Positions 30,090-38,194 of a DNA stretch of 54,859 nt are shown piece by piece. Position 1 is the first letter of the stretch, and the number at the start of each line of letters is the position of its first letter. The stretch spans positions 1 through 54,859 of the IMG/VR virus record IMGVR_UViG_3300044971_000858; one strand, 5' to 3'. Under the pieces are notes generated by a model. That model saw nothing but the letters and a program-made list of their open reading frames with translations, had not been told where the DNA came from and searched no databases. The position numbers and the translations under genes are program-made. Source of the stretch: a virus. Lineage: Duplodnaviria; Caudoviricetes.

Positions 30090-30177
30090 CAAGTTCTAGC
30101 CGACTTGGGAGACTAATTTTCAAATTGAAAAAATGGGTCTGTTGTAGTCGGCTAGCTACGACAGGCCCAATTTTTTT
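30090..30177 (+). promoter_or_regulatory. Two-hairpin leader with complementary loops and terminator
   Basis: CTAGCCGACT (30096-30105) complements AGTCGGCTAG (30146-30155) in the terminator hairpin. Confidence 0.6.
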
Positions 30178-30179
30178 GC

Positions 30180-30535
30180 CACCATTGGATCGTGTAGCCA
30201 GCGGGGATGCGTGTAGGACGCACCGAGAGTAGTCTGCTAAATACTGGTGAAGGAGTGGAGTTGGAATGGCTGCTGAGACTGTTATCCTGCCAACTTAATG
30301 CTGTCCTTCGGGACGACTTGCAATTAGTCAACGAGATTAGACTAGCCTAGGTAAAGGAAGACCGCTGGGCGTGGATTGTTAAGCGAAAGGTGACAACACC
30401 CATACTGAAACGTATGATTCATTCGGCAAGTTTTCCCAAATTCCTTGGGAGACTTGTCGCTCTGGTTCTGCCCCGCCAGAAACGCAGGAGATTCATTGAT
30501 CTCCGAGTAGAATATATTCTGAATAGTTTCAGAAA
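30180..30535 (+). ncRNA. Candidate ~350-nt structured ncRNA
   Basis: Many stems, e.g. CCAGCGG/CCGCTGG, GTCC-TTCG-GGAC, CGGCAAGTTTTCCCAA/TTGGGAGACTTGTCG; no credible ORF. Confidence 0.5.
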
Positions 30536-30548
30536 TAGTTTAGAAAAC

Positions 30549-30586
30549 AAAAAAACCAGAAAGGAATTTTTTCCAATCTGGTTTTT
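30549..30586. terminator. Bidirectional terminator-like hairpin
   Basis: A-run, CCAGA..GGAA/TTCC..TCTGG, T-run between convergent units. Confidence 0.55.
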
Positions 30587-30606
30587 AAGTTTAAGTGAAA
30601 CTGGTT

Positions 30607-32238
30607 TTAAATCAGATTCTCTTCTTCTTCTTTTGGTGCGAGTGAGATGGTAGGGTCGATGGCCCCGTCATTCAAAAGATCGAGACGCTTTAACTTCTCG
30701 TCTAACTTCTCGCAAATGGATTCTTCGATTGGAACACCCGCTGCGTAAACCAAAAACTGGATACTTTTGGATTTCCCACCTGCTCTATGCACCCGACCCA
30801 ACACTTGGCGGGTGTCGAAAATCGAAGGGCATGGCATGATTAGCGCGACTCTCGGATGATTGCCGTTGAGATCGTGGAGGTTTAGACCCTCGCGGCAGGC
30901 TTGTATCACTCCAATGATGACTCTCGACTTATCATTCTGGAACGAATCAATCTTGCCTCTTCGGTCAATCTCGTTCTGACCTCCGAATATGGCGCAATCG
31001 GTCTTGAGTTCTTCCATGAGCCATTCACGGGTTTCAGTGTAGTTGACTGCGATGAAGATAGAATTACCTTCTTCGATCAAGTCGCGCGCCATTGCTGCCA
31101 CCGCTGGAGCTTTGAGCATTTCGATCCTTTGTCTTGCTCTGGTCTGTTCTGCCAGAACATTAGCGGAGAAGTTTTCCTGCATCCGTAGTTCCTCAATACG
31201 ATTACAGAGATCATCATACTCACCAGCAATCTTCTTTGCGTTGTCCATGTCGAAGGCTTTAGCTTTGATAAGCGTCTCAGGAAATGCGTCACCCAAGTCT
31301 GAGTGGCGCAACCGATTCCCCTTCTCTGGATAGATTCGGCTATGCAATCTCTTTAGGACAGAATTGCCTCCGGTGAACTGCATTCCGAAGCGGGTTTTCC
31401 TGCATCCGTTCTGACTAAGAAACCGGAAGTAGTCTTTGCCGCCTTGGTGCAGTCCGAGGAACTGACCGATTGCCCAGAGCTTCGTCGGGTCGTCGGCGAT
31501 GGTTGCAGACAATGCAATTGCAGGGATATTCTGGACTACTGAATCCCGAACGAGGAAAGAGTTCTGAGAACTTCCTTCAGCCTTTCCACGATGGACTTCA
31601 TCTATTATAAGTATAACATCATCAGGCAAATAATAACGGAACTCTTTCTTTTTATCATCTGTCCAGCGTCCCATTTTAGATTTACCAGTTCTGACCCATT
31701 CCCAATTTGTGACTTCAAATGTTTCCACTTTCATCATCTTAGCGGCACGATGCCAATCAGTTAAGATTGCTTTTGGAGCCATGACCGCAATGCGTTTACC
31801 TAACTCTCTGGCAATACCCAAGGCGCAAAAGGTTTTTCCTACGCCTGTGGAGTGTCCGAGAAGCACGCGATTGTATTTGTTCATTGAGGCAACGCCCATC
31901 TGAACGCTCGTTTGCTGATACTCAAACAAGCCTTCGGGGTGGAGTAGCGGAATCAGATCAAGCTCTGGCACTGCCTCAACAGAATTATCGGAAACGATTA
32001 TCTGCTTAAACTTGAGTTGATCGTCTGACCAATGGGTGAGCTGCCATTCCTCGCGGAACTTGCCAAGCTGGATGCCAGCATCGGCCATCTGCTTTTTGAA
32101 TAGCTCTTTGTCTTCTCCGTAAACCTTCCAGAATTGCTGAGTGATTGGAGCTTTCTTGAGGAGTCTGACCCCTCGCTTTGTATTGAGTTGAATGGGGTGC
32201 GACCACTCAACTGTTGCCATCAAGTCATGGATGTTCAT
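30607..32238 (-). CDS. Superfamily 2 helicase
   Basis: GHSTGVGKT, IIDEVH, SAT, QVLGRVHR. Confidence 0.9.
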   Translation of the reverse strand: MNIHDLMATVEWSHPIQLNTKRGVRLLKKAPITQQFWKVYGEDKELFKKQMADAGIQLGKFREEWQLTHWSDDQLKFKQIIVSDNSVEAVPELDLIPLLHPEGLFEYQQTSVQMGVASMNKYNRVLLGHSTGVGKTFCALGIARELGKRIAVMAPKAILTDWHRAAKMMKVETFEVTNWEWVRTGKSKMGRWTDDKKKEFRYYLPDDVILIIDEVHRGKAEGSSQNSFLVRDSVVQNIPAIALSATIADDPTKLWAIGQFLGLHQGGKDYFRFLSQNGCRKTRFGMQFTGGNSVLKRLHSRIYPEKGNRLRHSDLGDAFPETLIKAKAFDMDNAKKIAGEYDDLCNRIEELRMQENFSANVLAEQTRARQRIEMLKAPAVAAMARDLIEEGNSIFIAVNYTETREWLMEELKTDCAIFGGQNEIDRRGKIDSFQNDKSRVIIGVIQACREGLNLHDLNGNHPRVALIMPCPSIFDTRQVLGRVHRAGGKSKSIQFLVYAAGVPIEESICEKLDEKLKRLDLLNDGAIDPTISLAPKEEEENLI

Positions 32239-32426
32239 CGGCCATTCCTCCTCGCGTTATCCAAGGCGCGGCGGCACTGCATCATTAAGAGCGTGTCACC
32301 ATCACCATAAGCATCCAGAACGGCTTCCAAGGCTTCCATCATTTCCCTCTTCACTGACTCCCCACTAAGTGGAGAGTCTTTGTAACGGAACAAGGGCTTC
32401 TGTTTGTGCATGGTAAAGGTTCTCAT
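32235..32426 (-). CDS. Hypothetical protein
   Basis: ATG after A/C-rich leader; ATGA overlap with helicase. Confidence 0.55.
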   Translation of the reverse strand: MRTFTMHKQKPLFRYKDSPLSGESVKREMMEALEAVLDAYGDGDTLLMMQCRRALDNARRNGR

Positions 32427-32564
32427 TTTGTCTTTTTGGTTGGTTGAGGTTTTGGGTAAACCGAAGAACGAAACTTCGGCACATTGTTTTCGCAATGGCG
32501 AATGATGCGGATGTATGCCTCCGGTGGAAGACAAGTTGGTTGGTTTTTCTCTGTTGCACTCATT

Positions 32565-32849
32565 TTAGTATTTAACCTCGGTTAAGATTATTGTTTCGTT
32601 GAGTTCGTCTATCCATTCGCCTGATATTCTCCCTTCGTCGTCAGGCGGGAGATATTTGTCGATTTTTCTTAAAAGCGCACGGACTCCCTTTAAATCTTCA
32701 AGCATTCGCTTCATTAAAGCAACGGCATCTTCACAGGTTTTGGCGGCTATACCTTCCCCGTTGTGTTCGTCATCGTTGTATTGCGCGTGTTCGTGCATGA
32801 TGTTTACGGCATCTTTCAGATGTTCGATTATGTTTTGTTGTGTGTTCAT
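32565..32849 (-). CDS. Hypothetical protein
   Basis: 94 aa with AACCTA leader. Confidence 0.65.
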   Translation of the reverse strand: MNTQQNIIEHLKDAVNIMHEHAQYNDDEHNGEGIAAKTCEDAVALMKRMLEDLKGVRALLRKIDKYLPPDDEGRISGEWIDELNETIILTEVKY

Positions 32850-32935
32850 GTTGTGTATTTTAGGTTTTGTTTGTTGTGTTGTGTTGTGGAGGGAAATTTA
32901 TTGACAAGCAAAATGGTATGGAATAAGTAACCTGC

Positions 32936-33499
32936 ATGAAGCAGGAATACAACGCCGAGACACTCGGAACGAGAAGGCGCAAATGGGATGTTGCGAAGAT
33001 AGAGCAATTATACATGGCAGGCGCGGAGTTGGGTGACATTCTCAAAACACCGGAGTTTTCCAAGTTGTCGAAGAACTATCTCAAAAATTTGATGGTGCAA
33101 GGGAAGTGGATCGCAAAGCGAATCAAGTTGCGTGAAGAGGTTGCCAATACGCTTGCGCCAAAAATGGAAGATGTGATGCGGAGGGAAACGGAAAACCATT
33201 ACAACTTCATGCTCACTCAAATTGCGGAGGAGAGAAAGCAGATTGAGATTAGGAACAAAAGCGGGAACATTAAAGACCAGTCCGCTCGCCTCGATGTATT
33301 GGCGCAATACGAGAAAATGGCAACCAGAGCGTTGGGACTGGATGAAAATAACCTTCACGATAGGAAGGGTTTAAATATAAATGCCATGATCTCGCTCCAT
33401 GTGGAAGGCCCAAAGAAGGCAGTCGATATTGATGTTGTTCCTGTGGAATGTTCCGCCCCTGTGGAGGGTAACTTTGAACCCGTGGAGCGGCAACAATAG
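32936..33499 (+). CDS. Terminase small subunit candidate
   Basis: N-terminal HTH-like WDVAKIEQLYMAG..., central helices, ending ALGLD; 187 aa. Confidence 0.5.
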   Translation: MKQEYNAETLGTRRRKWDVAKIEQLYMAGAELGDILKTPEFSKLSKNYLKNLMVQGKWIAKRIKLREEVANTLAPKMEDVMRRETENHYNFMLTQIAEERKQIEIRNKSGNIKDQSARLDVLAQYEKMATRALGLDENNLHDRKGLNINAMISLHVEGPKKAVDIDVVPVECSAPVEGNFEPVERQQ

Positions 33500-33538
33500 G
33501 TTAGTGAAAAGTATGTCACAAAAATCTGTGGACAAAGA

Positions 33539-33564
33539 GCAGAATAGGAATTGACCTATTCTGC
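33539..33564. terminator. Hairpin between convergent genes
   Basis: GCAGAATAGG / CCTATTCTGC. Confidence 0.5.
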
Positions 33565-33577
33565 CCCTTGTGGAGGG

Positions 33578-33808
33578 TTATTTATAGACCGGGCCGAGGC
33601 TTTCCAGATAGCGATACATGGGAGTTCCGATAGGTATGCGGCGGTGAACACCGTCCCGGCGAACCCATTCGCAATCGTAGATTTTTCCTTCACCCGTGAA
33701 CCACGCCGAGCAATGGCCCGTGAAGTATGGGGAGGTTACTTTGTGGAGGGCGAAACTACCCTTGGCGAATATCCCGCCAGCGGGGAAGGTTACTTTTTGG
33801 ATTTTCAT
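33578..33808 (-). CDS. Small early protein
   Basis: 76 aa, ATGA coupling. Confidence 0.6.
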   Translation of the reverse strand: MKIQKVTFPAGGIFAKGSFALHKVTSPYFTGHCSAWFTGEGKIYDCEWVRRDGVHRRIPIGTPMYRYLESLGPVYK

Positions 33809-34053
33809 GCTTCCCCCTTTGCTTTGCGGAGGGCAGCGCGGGCAGCATCAGGAACCGCCCCAACATAATCGTGCAAGTCACAGAGTAGAACATAATCCGC
33901 TACTACTTGGAGTAAATCCGGTGCGGAGGCTATAAGGTGTGCGTTGGCAATGTTTCCGCTGTGGAGAGCGCAAATCTCAGTTTTGCCATATTTGATTATG
34001 CCCCATGTGGAATCATGTTTCCAAGGGGCAGGTGTGTGGAGTGTATTATTCAT
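33805..34053 (-). CDS. Small early protein (HTPxPW...ANAHLIASAPDLL type)
   Basis: Recurrent phage motif. Confidence 0.75.
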   Translation of the reverse strand: MNNTLHTPAPWKHDSTWGIIKYGKTEICALHSGNIANAHLIASAPDLLQVVADYVLLCDLHDYVGAVPDAARAALRKAKGEA

Positions 34054-34069
34054 TTTTGTGTTGAGTGTT

Positions 34070-34273
34070 TTATTTTACTTTTCCGCCATTTTTGCCACAT
34101 TTTCCATCAATATAATCAAGCCAGCGTTCCCGATTAAAAGCGGGATTCTGATTCGCGCAAAAATCCGCAAGCTCAAGAATTGCGGAGCGTGAAAACGTCC
34201 CTTGTGAGGAACGGTCTTGTGGAGCGGAGGCAATGATAATATCAGCCAATGCGATTAGGGTTTTTTTAGTCAT
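34070..34273 (-). CDS. Small early protein
   Basis: MTKK...LADF...NPAFNRERW, recurrent phage motif. Confidence 0.7.
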   Translation of the reverse strand: MTKKTLIALADIIIASAPQDRSSQGTFSRSAILELADFCANQNPAFNRERWLDYIDGKCGKNGGKVK

Positions 34274-34480
34274 ATTATTTATTAGGTTTTTGGTTTTTGT
34301 TTGGTGTTCTGTGGAGGGGAAAATCTTGTGGAGGGATTATCGGAAACGATCACTCCCCAAGGAATGCGCGAAAGAAAAGAGGAATGGCATAGTAGCGGAG
34401 AGACAGGAAAAACGCGAATACGGGGCGAATAGAGCAAAGCGGGATCGGATCGGACGAAGCCCGCATAGTGTGGGAGGGGA

Positions 34481-34717
34481 TTAAAACAAAATGAAGGAAT
34501 AATTCACTTCACTTTCAACGGGATTCATTTTCTCCCATGTTTTCTTGCCACAAGTAAGAGTTTTCGCCTTTTCGTTGAAAACTACAGTGTGGAGGGAAAT
34601 CAATCCCCCATTTGAAGCGGGGACTGTTTCGCATTTTTTAACGAACCCACGCCGATTGCCAACGCGAACCGGAGTTTTTGGCGAAAGAATATCACTTGAA
34701 CCAATTTTCCTATTCAT
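34481..34717 (-). CDS. Small early protein
   Basis: 78 aa. Confidence 0.55.
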   Translation of the reverse strand: MNRKIGSSDILSPKTPVRVGNRRGFVKKCETVPASNGGLISLHTVVFNEKAKTLTCGKKTWEKMNPVESEVNYSFILF

Positions 34718-34824
34718 AGAATGGTGAAGATTAAAATTGCGCCGATTGTGGAAAGGACAAGCAAAAGACCGAAAAAGCGGGACTTTGCGCGGTTGTATTG
34801 AAGGGTGGAATGAATTTTTGACAT
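34714..34824 (-). CDS. 36-aa single-TM peptide
   Basis: MSKIHSTLQYNRAKSRFFGLLLVLSTIGAILIFTIL; ATGA overlap. Confidence 0.45.
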   Translation of the reverse strand: MSKIHSTLQYNRAKSRFFGLLLVLSTIGAILIFTIL

Positions 34825-34832
34825 AAGATGAG

Positions 34833-34864
34833 AAAAGAAAAGCGGGAGGGATCGAACATCCCGC
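34833..34864 (-). terminator. Intrinsic terminator inside early operon
   Basis: GCGGGA...TCCCGC then TTTTCTTTT on - strand. Confidence 0.6.
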
Positions 34865-34873
34865 ATGGTTTAA

Positions 34874-35224
34874 TCAGAATGAGGAAACGATCACGCCGCC
34901 TTCAAATTCGATGAGTTGCCCGTGGTCTTGAATATATTCGCGTATTTTGTCGTCAGTCTCTTCATCTTCGCAATCTTCGCATCCAATGATTGATCGCCAA
35001 TCAGCATCAGTGCCAAAATAATCTCCTGCCCATTCTACAAGGGAATCCCATTCGGAGAAGTCGCAACGAATGGCGACATAATCAAATTCAAGCTCTTCTC
35101 CTGTGCTTTCCTCATACTCTTCCAGATATTCAGCCAAGGCACGCGCTCCAGCGTAAGACCAATTAGCGTTTTTATCGTTGAATAGGATGTCCGCCGCTTC
35201 TGAAGTGGATAATGTTGTTTTCAT
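34874..35224 (-). CDS. Acidic early protein
   Basis: 116 aa, very D/E-rich. Confidence 0.75.
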   Translation of the reverse strand: MKTTLSTSEAADILFNDKNANWSYAGARALAEYLEEYEESTGEELEFDYVAIRCDFSEWDSLVEWAGDYFGTDADWRSIIGCEDCEDEETDDKIREYIQDHGQLIEFEGGVIVSSF

Positions 35225-35280
35225 GTTGTTAGGTTTTTCTATTGTGTTTTAGGTTTAGGTTTAGGTTATAGGGGGAAATC

Positions 35281-35550
35281 TCAGCCAGCGTATGCAGATT
35301 CGATGCGTTTGCCAGAATGATCGCAAGTAAGCTCGCCGTCTTCCCAGTTCGCGTCACAGCCGACAACCCGCCAGCCGTCATTGACTTCGTTTTTAATAGA
35401 CCAAAGGACGGAGCGAAAATTCTCCTTCACGCTATCAAAAGAAAGCGCGGCCCCGTCTGAAGTGATAAAGAATAAGGGATAGCAACCGGGGAAGCTATAA
35501 GCTCCCGAACGAATCGCGTTTTTCAAGTCTGTAGTATTTGTGATATTCAT
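35281..35550 (-). CDS. Small early protein
   Basis: 89 aa; GCYPLFF...CDHSGKRIESAY recurrent phage motif. Confidence 0.75.
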   Translation of the reverse strand: MNITNTTDLKNAIRSGAYSFPGCYPLFFITSDGAALSFDSVKENFRSVLWSIKNEVNDGWRVVGCDANWEDGELTCDHSGKRIESAYAG

Positions 35551-35649
35551 TTTTTCTTTTGTTCGAGTTGTTGGATTTTTAGTCTGAGCGCATGGATTTT
35601 TTTTGCGTCCGTCATAGAAGCAAGTTTGATCCTTAACGCATAGGTTTGT

Positions 35650-35919
35650 TTATTCACAAGATTCAATGTCTGCATTCACGCACGCTTCACAGTATCCGCC
35701 TTCATTCAAAAGGCGCACTGGATACTTTACTCGGCATTCCGTGCATTTAATCTCAAAGCCGCTGATGCGACGGTCAACGCACATGGCAGCGATTCCGATT
35801 GGAATGATTCCGCCATCCACAGAAAGGAAGCGTTCACCGTCTTTGTTTTTCATTGGTATAATTGTCATATAGGGTTTTTCTATTTGTAGCGGCATGATAG
35901 CCGCCAAGTTTATTTGCAT
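35650..35919 (-). CDS. Small Zn-finger protein (start uncertain)
   Basis: CTEC...CEAC. Confidence 0.5.
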   Translation of the reverse strand: MQINLAAIMPLQIEKPYMTIIPMKNKDGERFLSVDGGIIPIGIAAMCVDRRISGFEIKCTECRVKYPVRLLNEGGYCEACVNADIESCE

Positions 35920-35959
35920 GATTCCGACGCTGGCAGTACCAGCACGAAAAGTTTTTTTG

Positions 35960-35971
35960 TTTCAAAGAGCG
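35960..35971 (-). promoter_or_regulatory. boxA-like antitermination element
   Basis: CGCTCTTTGAAA after a hairpin, about 60 nt downstream of promoter. Confidence 0.45.
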
Positions 35972-36029
35972 TTTGTGCATTTACTCGCTCAGCCTCATTC
36001 AGAGCCACTGAGCAGGTAGCACGGGAAAC

Positions 36030-36057
36030 AAGATACTACATTGTGCGAATATGTCAA
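36030..36057 (-). promoter_or_regulatory. Early sigma70-like promoter
   Basis: TTGACA-N16-TATCTT on - strand. Confidence 0.65.
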
Positions 36058-36764
36058 CACCTGATTATTGATTTTTTTTACATAGGGAAAACACGGCGAT
36101 TATTTCAAGAGAATATCGGTGTATCGTTATATCGCTATATAGCGATGAAAGAATATTGCCAGCAACTCTCATTCCACGGATTGCATTTCATGAATAATTA
36201 TTCCTGACACATTATTCATGACAAATTTGTCAGGTATTTTCTGTCATGACAAAATCACTCTTCCGGCCATCACTCGAAAATGCGATTGCTCCCAAAATCC
36301 GGCAATGTCATCATATCACCCCGCCAATAAAAACACGATAGCGGCCAACGTCGCGCAAAGATTATTGCAAGTTGGTTGCATTATGTCATCCTGCTAATGA
36401 GACTGGTAGCTTCTGATAATATCAGTAATAAGTCCCGACGCTTTTTGAGTCTCAATAAGCCAGACATCATTGGCAATCGGCTCGGCTTGTCATCACTCAT
36501 CATATATACTATGCACCACGCTGCACGCTGCCACGCTGTGAGACTGTACTAAGCAGGGGCGCTGTGAGCATAGGCGGGCCGCGGGACTCCAAGGAATCTC
36601 TTTTCTTATGGAGGCGCGACGCCCTTACCCCTCTACCCCATGCACCCCGTGCGCGTAGCTCCCAACGCGGAAACCCCTCTCCTTAGAAAAACTGGATTTT
36701 TGCCCTATGCTGCCTCTCCCCATAAAAACTGCCTTTTTGTATGTCAATATAGTCTATTGATAGA

Positions 36765-36905
36765 GCAAGCTAAGTTCAAGCTAAAATCCAAGCTAAACTA
36801 AGCTAATGTCGTATGGTTAGCTTGGTTCTTATGCAATGTCTTATAATAATGTCCCATGCTATTGTCTTATGCTTTGCTCTAATGTCGTATGCTAATGTCG
36901 TATGT
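36765..36905 (+). repeat. Degenerate tandem repeats (AAGCTAA x4, AATGTCNTATG-like x~6)
   Basis: Read directly; within the longest non-coding region. Confidence 0.75.
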
Positions 36906-36929
36906 ATTATCGTTACCGATAACCATCCT

Positions 36930-37475
36930 TTAGTTTTCGCAGGAGTAGATGGTATCTTGGAGTTTGAGTTTTGGGAGGGTGGGTAGGGTGTAGGAGTTAT
37001 CTTGGAAGGTTATTCTATTGGTTGGTTGGATGGTTAGTCTTCCGTTGGTGAGTTCTATGAAGATGAATTCTTTGTCTTGGTCTGGGCTATCTGACCAGCC
37101 GTCGTTTAGGTGGGTGGTGGAGAAGAGGTAGGTTCCCTTTAGTATGTTTGGGCCTATCTTGGTTGTTACTGGCATTCCTCTTAGGATTGGGTTTTGGAGT
37201 ATGGTGAAGTTGTATGAGTAGCAGTCCCAGAGTTGGCTTTCTTCTATACGCCAGTTTTCGAGTGCTTGTTCTTTGAATCTTACTGCGTTTGGTGGGATGT
37301 TTCTGTAGAGTGCGCCGCCTTCTCTGAGTATTACATTTATTCCCCATGCTCTGCTTGGTATACTTGTTAGTCCTATCCACATAGCTTCTACTGGCCCGAT
37401 TGGGTTTTCGTGGGTATATTCGCTATCTATCCAGATGTAGCGATGGGTTGGTAGTGCGCCGATTTTTGTATTCAT
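36930..37475 (-). CDS. Hypothetical protein with extreme A/C third-position bias
   Basis: 181 aa; QLWDC...YLFST...PTNRI. Confidence 0.75.
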   Translation of the reverse strand: MNTKIGALPTHRYIWIDSEYTHENPIGPVEAMWIGLTSIPSRAWGINVILREGGALYRNIPPNAVRFKEQALENWRIEESQLWDCYSYNFTILQNPILRGMPVTTKIGPNILKGTYLFSTTHLNDGWSDSPDQDKEFIFIELTNGRLTIQPTNRITFQDNSYTLPTLPKLKLQDTIYSCEN

Positions 37476-37601
37476 TGGTTATCGTTACCGATAGTGAGAG
37501 TCCCAGTTTTATGTGATTACTGGAATGGTATGGAATCCTAACCAGAGGTAGACCCGCCAAGGTTTATCCCCCGCCACAATACCACGTTATTGCTCTCGTA
37601 A

Positions 37602-37685
37602 TTACCTTCTGGTTGTTGTTTCTATGATGAAGCAGGCTACTACTATGCTCCATGCTAAGATTATTGCTGCTATCTGGTCATTCAT
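37602..37685 (-). CDS. 27-aa hydrophobic peptide
   Basis: MNDQIAAIILAWSIVVACFIIETTTRR; ATGA overlap. Confidence 0.35.
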   Translation of the reverse strand: MNDQIAAIILAWSIVVACFIIETTTRR

Positions 37686-38194
37686 AGTCCGAGTATCTTT
37701 GCCCCGTTTGGGTAGGTTCCGCGATAGATTTCCGTCTGTGCTTTCCTTACCACAAATACAGATGGTTTTCCGCTATGATCCCAGTAGGAGGTTAGTGGTT
37801 CTTTCTTAAATTGGACTACTGTGACTCCCATTTTTTCTGCTATCTCTAAGGCTATTGGGTCGGATTTGTAGATTTCTTTGTAGAGGACTCTCTTTATTTT
37901 ATATGCGGCTATGGTCTTTAGGCAGTCTCTACATGGGAGTAGGGTGGATACCAGTGTCTTTCCTTCGCCGGGTTGTGTATACCTCAAGGCATTCTGTTCT
38001 GCGTGGATTACGAACTTTGATCTCTCTTCTCTTGATGACCAGTCTTCTTCTACACCTTGAGGGAATCCGTTATACCCTACTGATGCTATGGAGTTGTCTT
38101 CTCTTAGGATCACCGCGCCAACTTTATGCCACGGGTCTTTTGACTTCTTGGCTACTACTTCAGCTATACTCATTGCATATTCGTCCCAGTTCAT
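37682..38194 (-). CDS. dCMP deaminase
   Basis: SKDP..KVGA, GYNG, HAEQNA, PCRDC. Confidence 0.9.
   Translation of the reverse strand: MNWDEYAMSIAEVVAKKSKDPWHKVGAVILREDNSIASVGYNGFPQGVEEDWSSREERSKFVIHAEQNALRYTQPGEGKTLVSTLLPCRDCLKTIAAYKIKRVLYKEIYKSDPIALEIAEKMGVTVVQFKKEPLTSYWDHSGKPSVFVVRKAQTEIYRGTYPNGAKILGL

Larger units (their letters stand above)
32885..34596 (+). repeat. Cluster of same-strand TGTGGAGGG motifs
   Basis: Exact copies at 32885, 33460, 33569, 33742, 34310, 34327, 34588 plus near-matches. Confidence 0.85.

Noticed and set aside
30390-30653. 87-aa + strand ORF
   Set aside because: GTG start, runs through hairpins and a terminator, and overlaps the helicase end
35980-36022. Hammerhead ribozyme
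   Set aside because: CTGAATGAG differs from CTGANGA and I could not build the three-stem core
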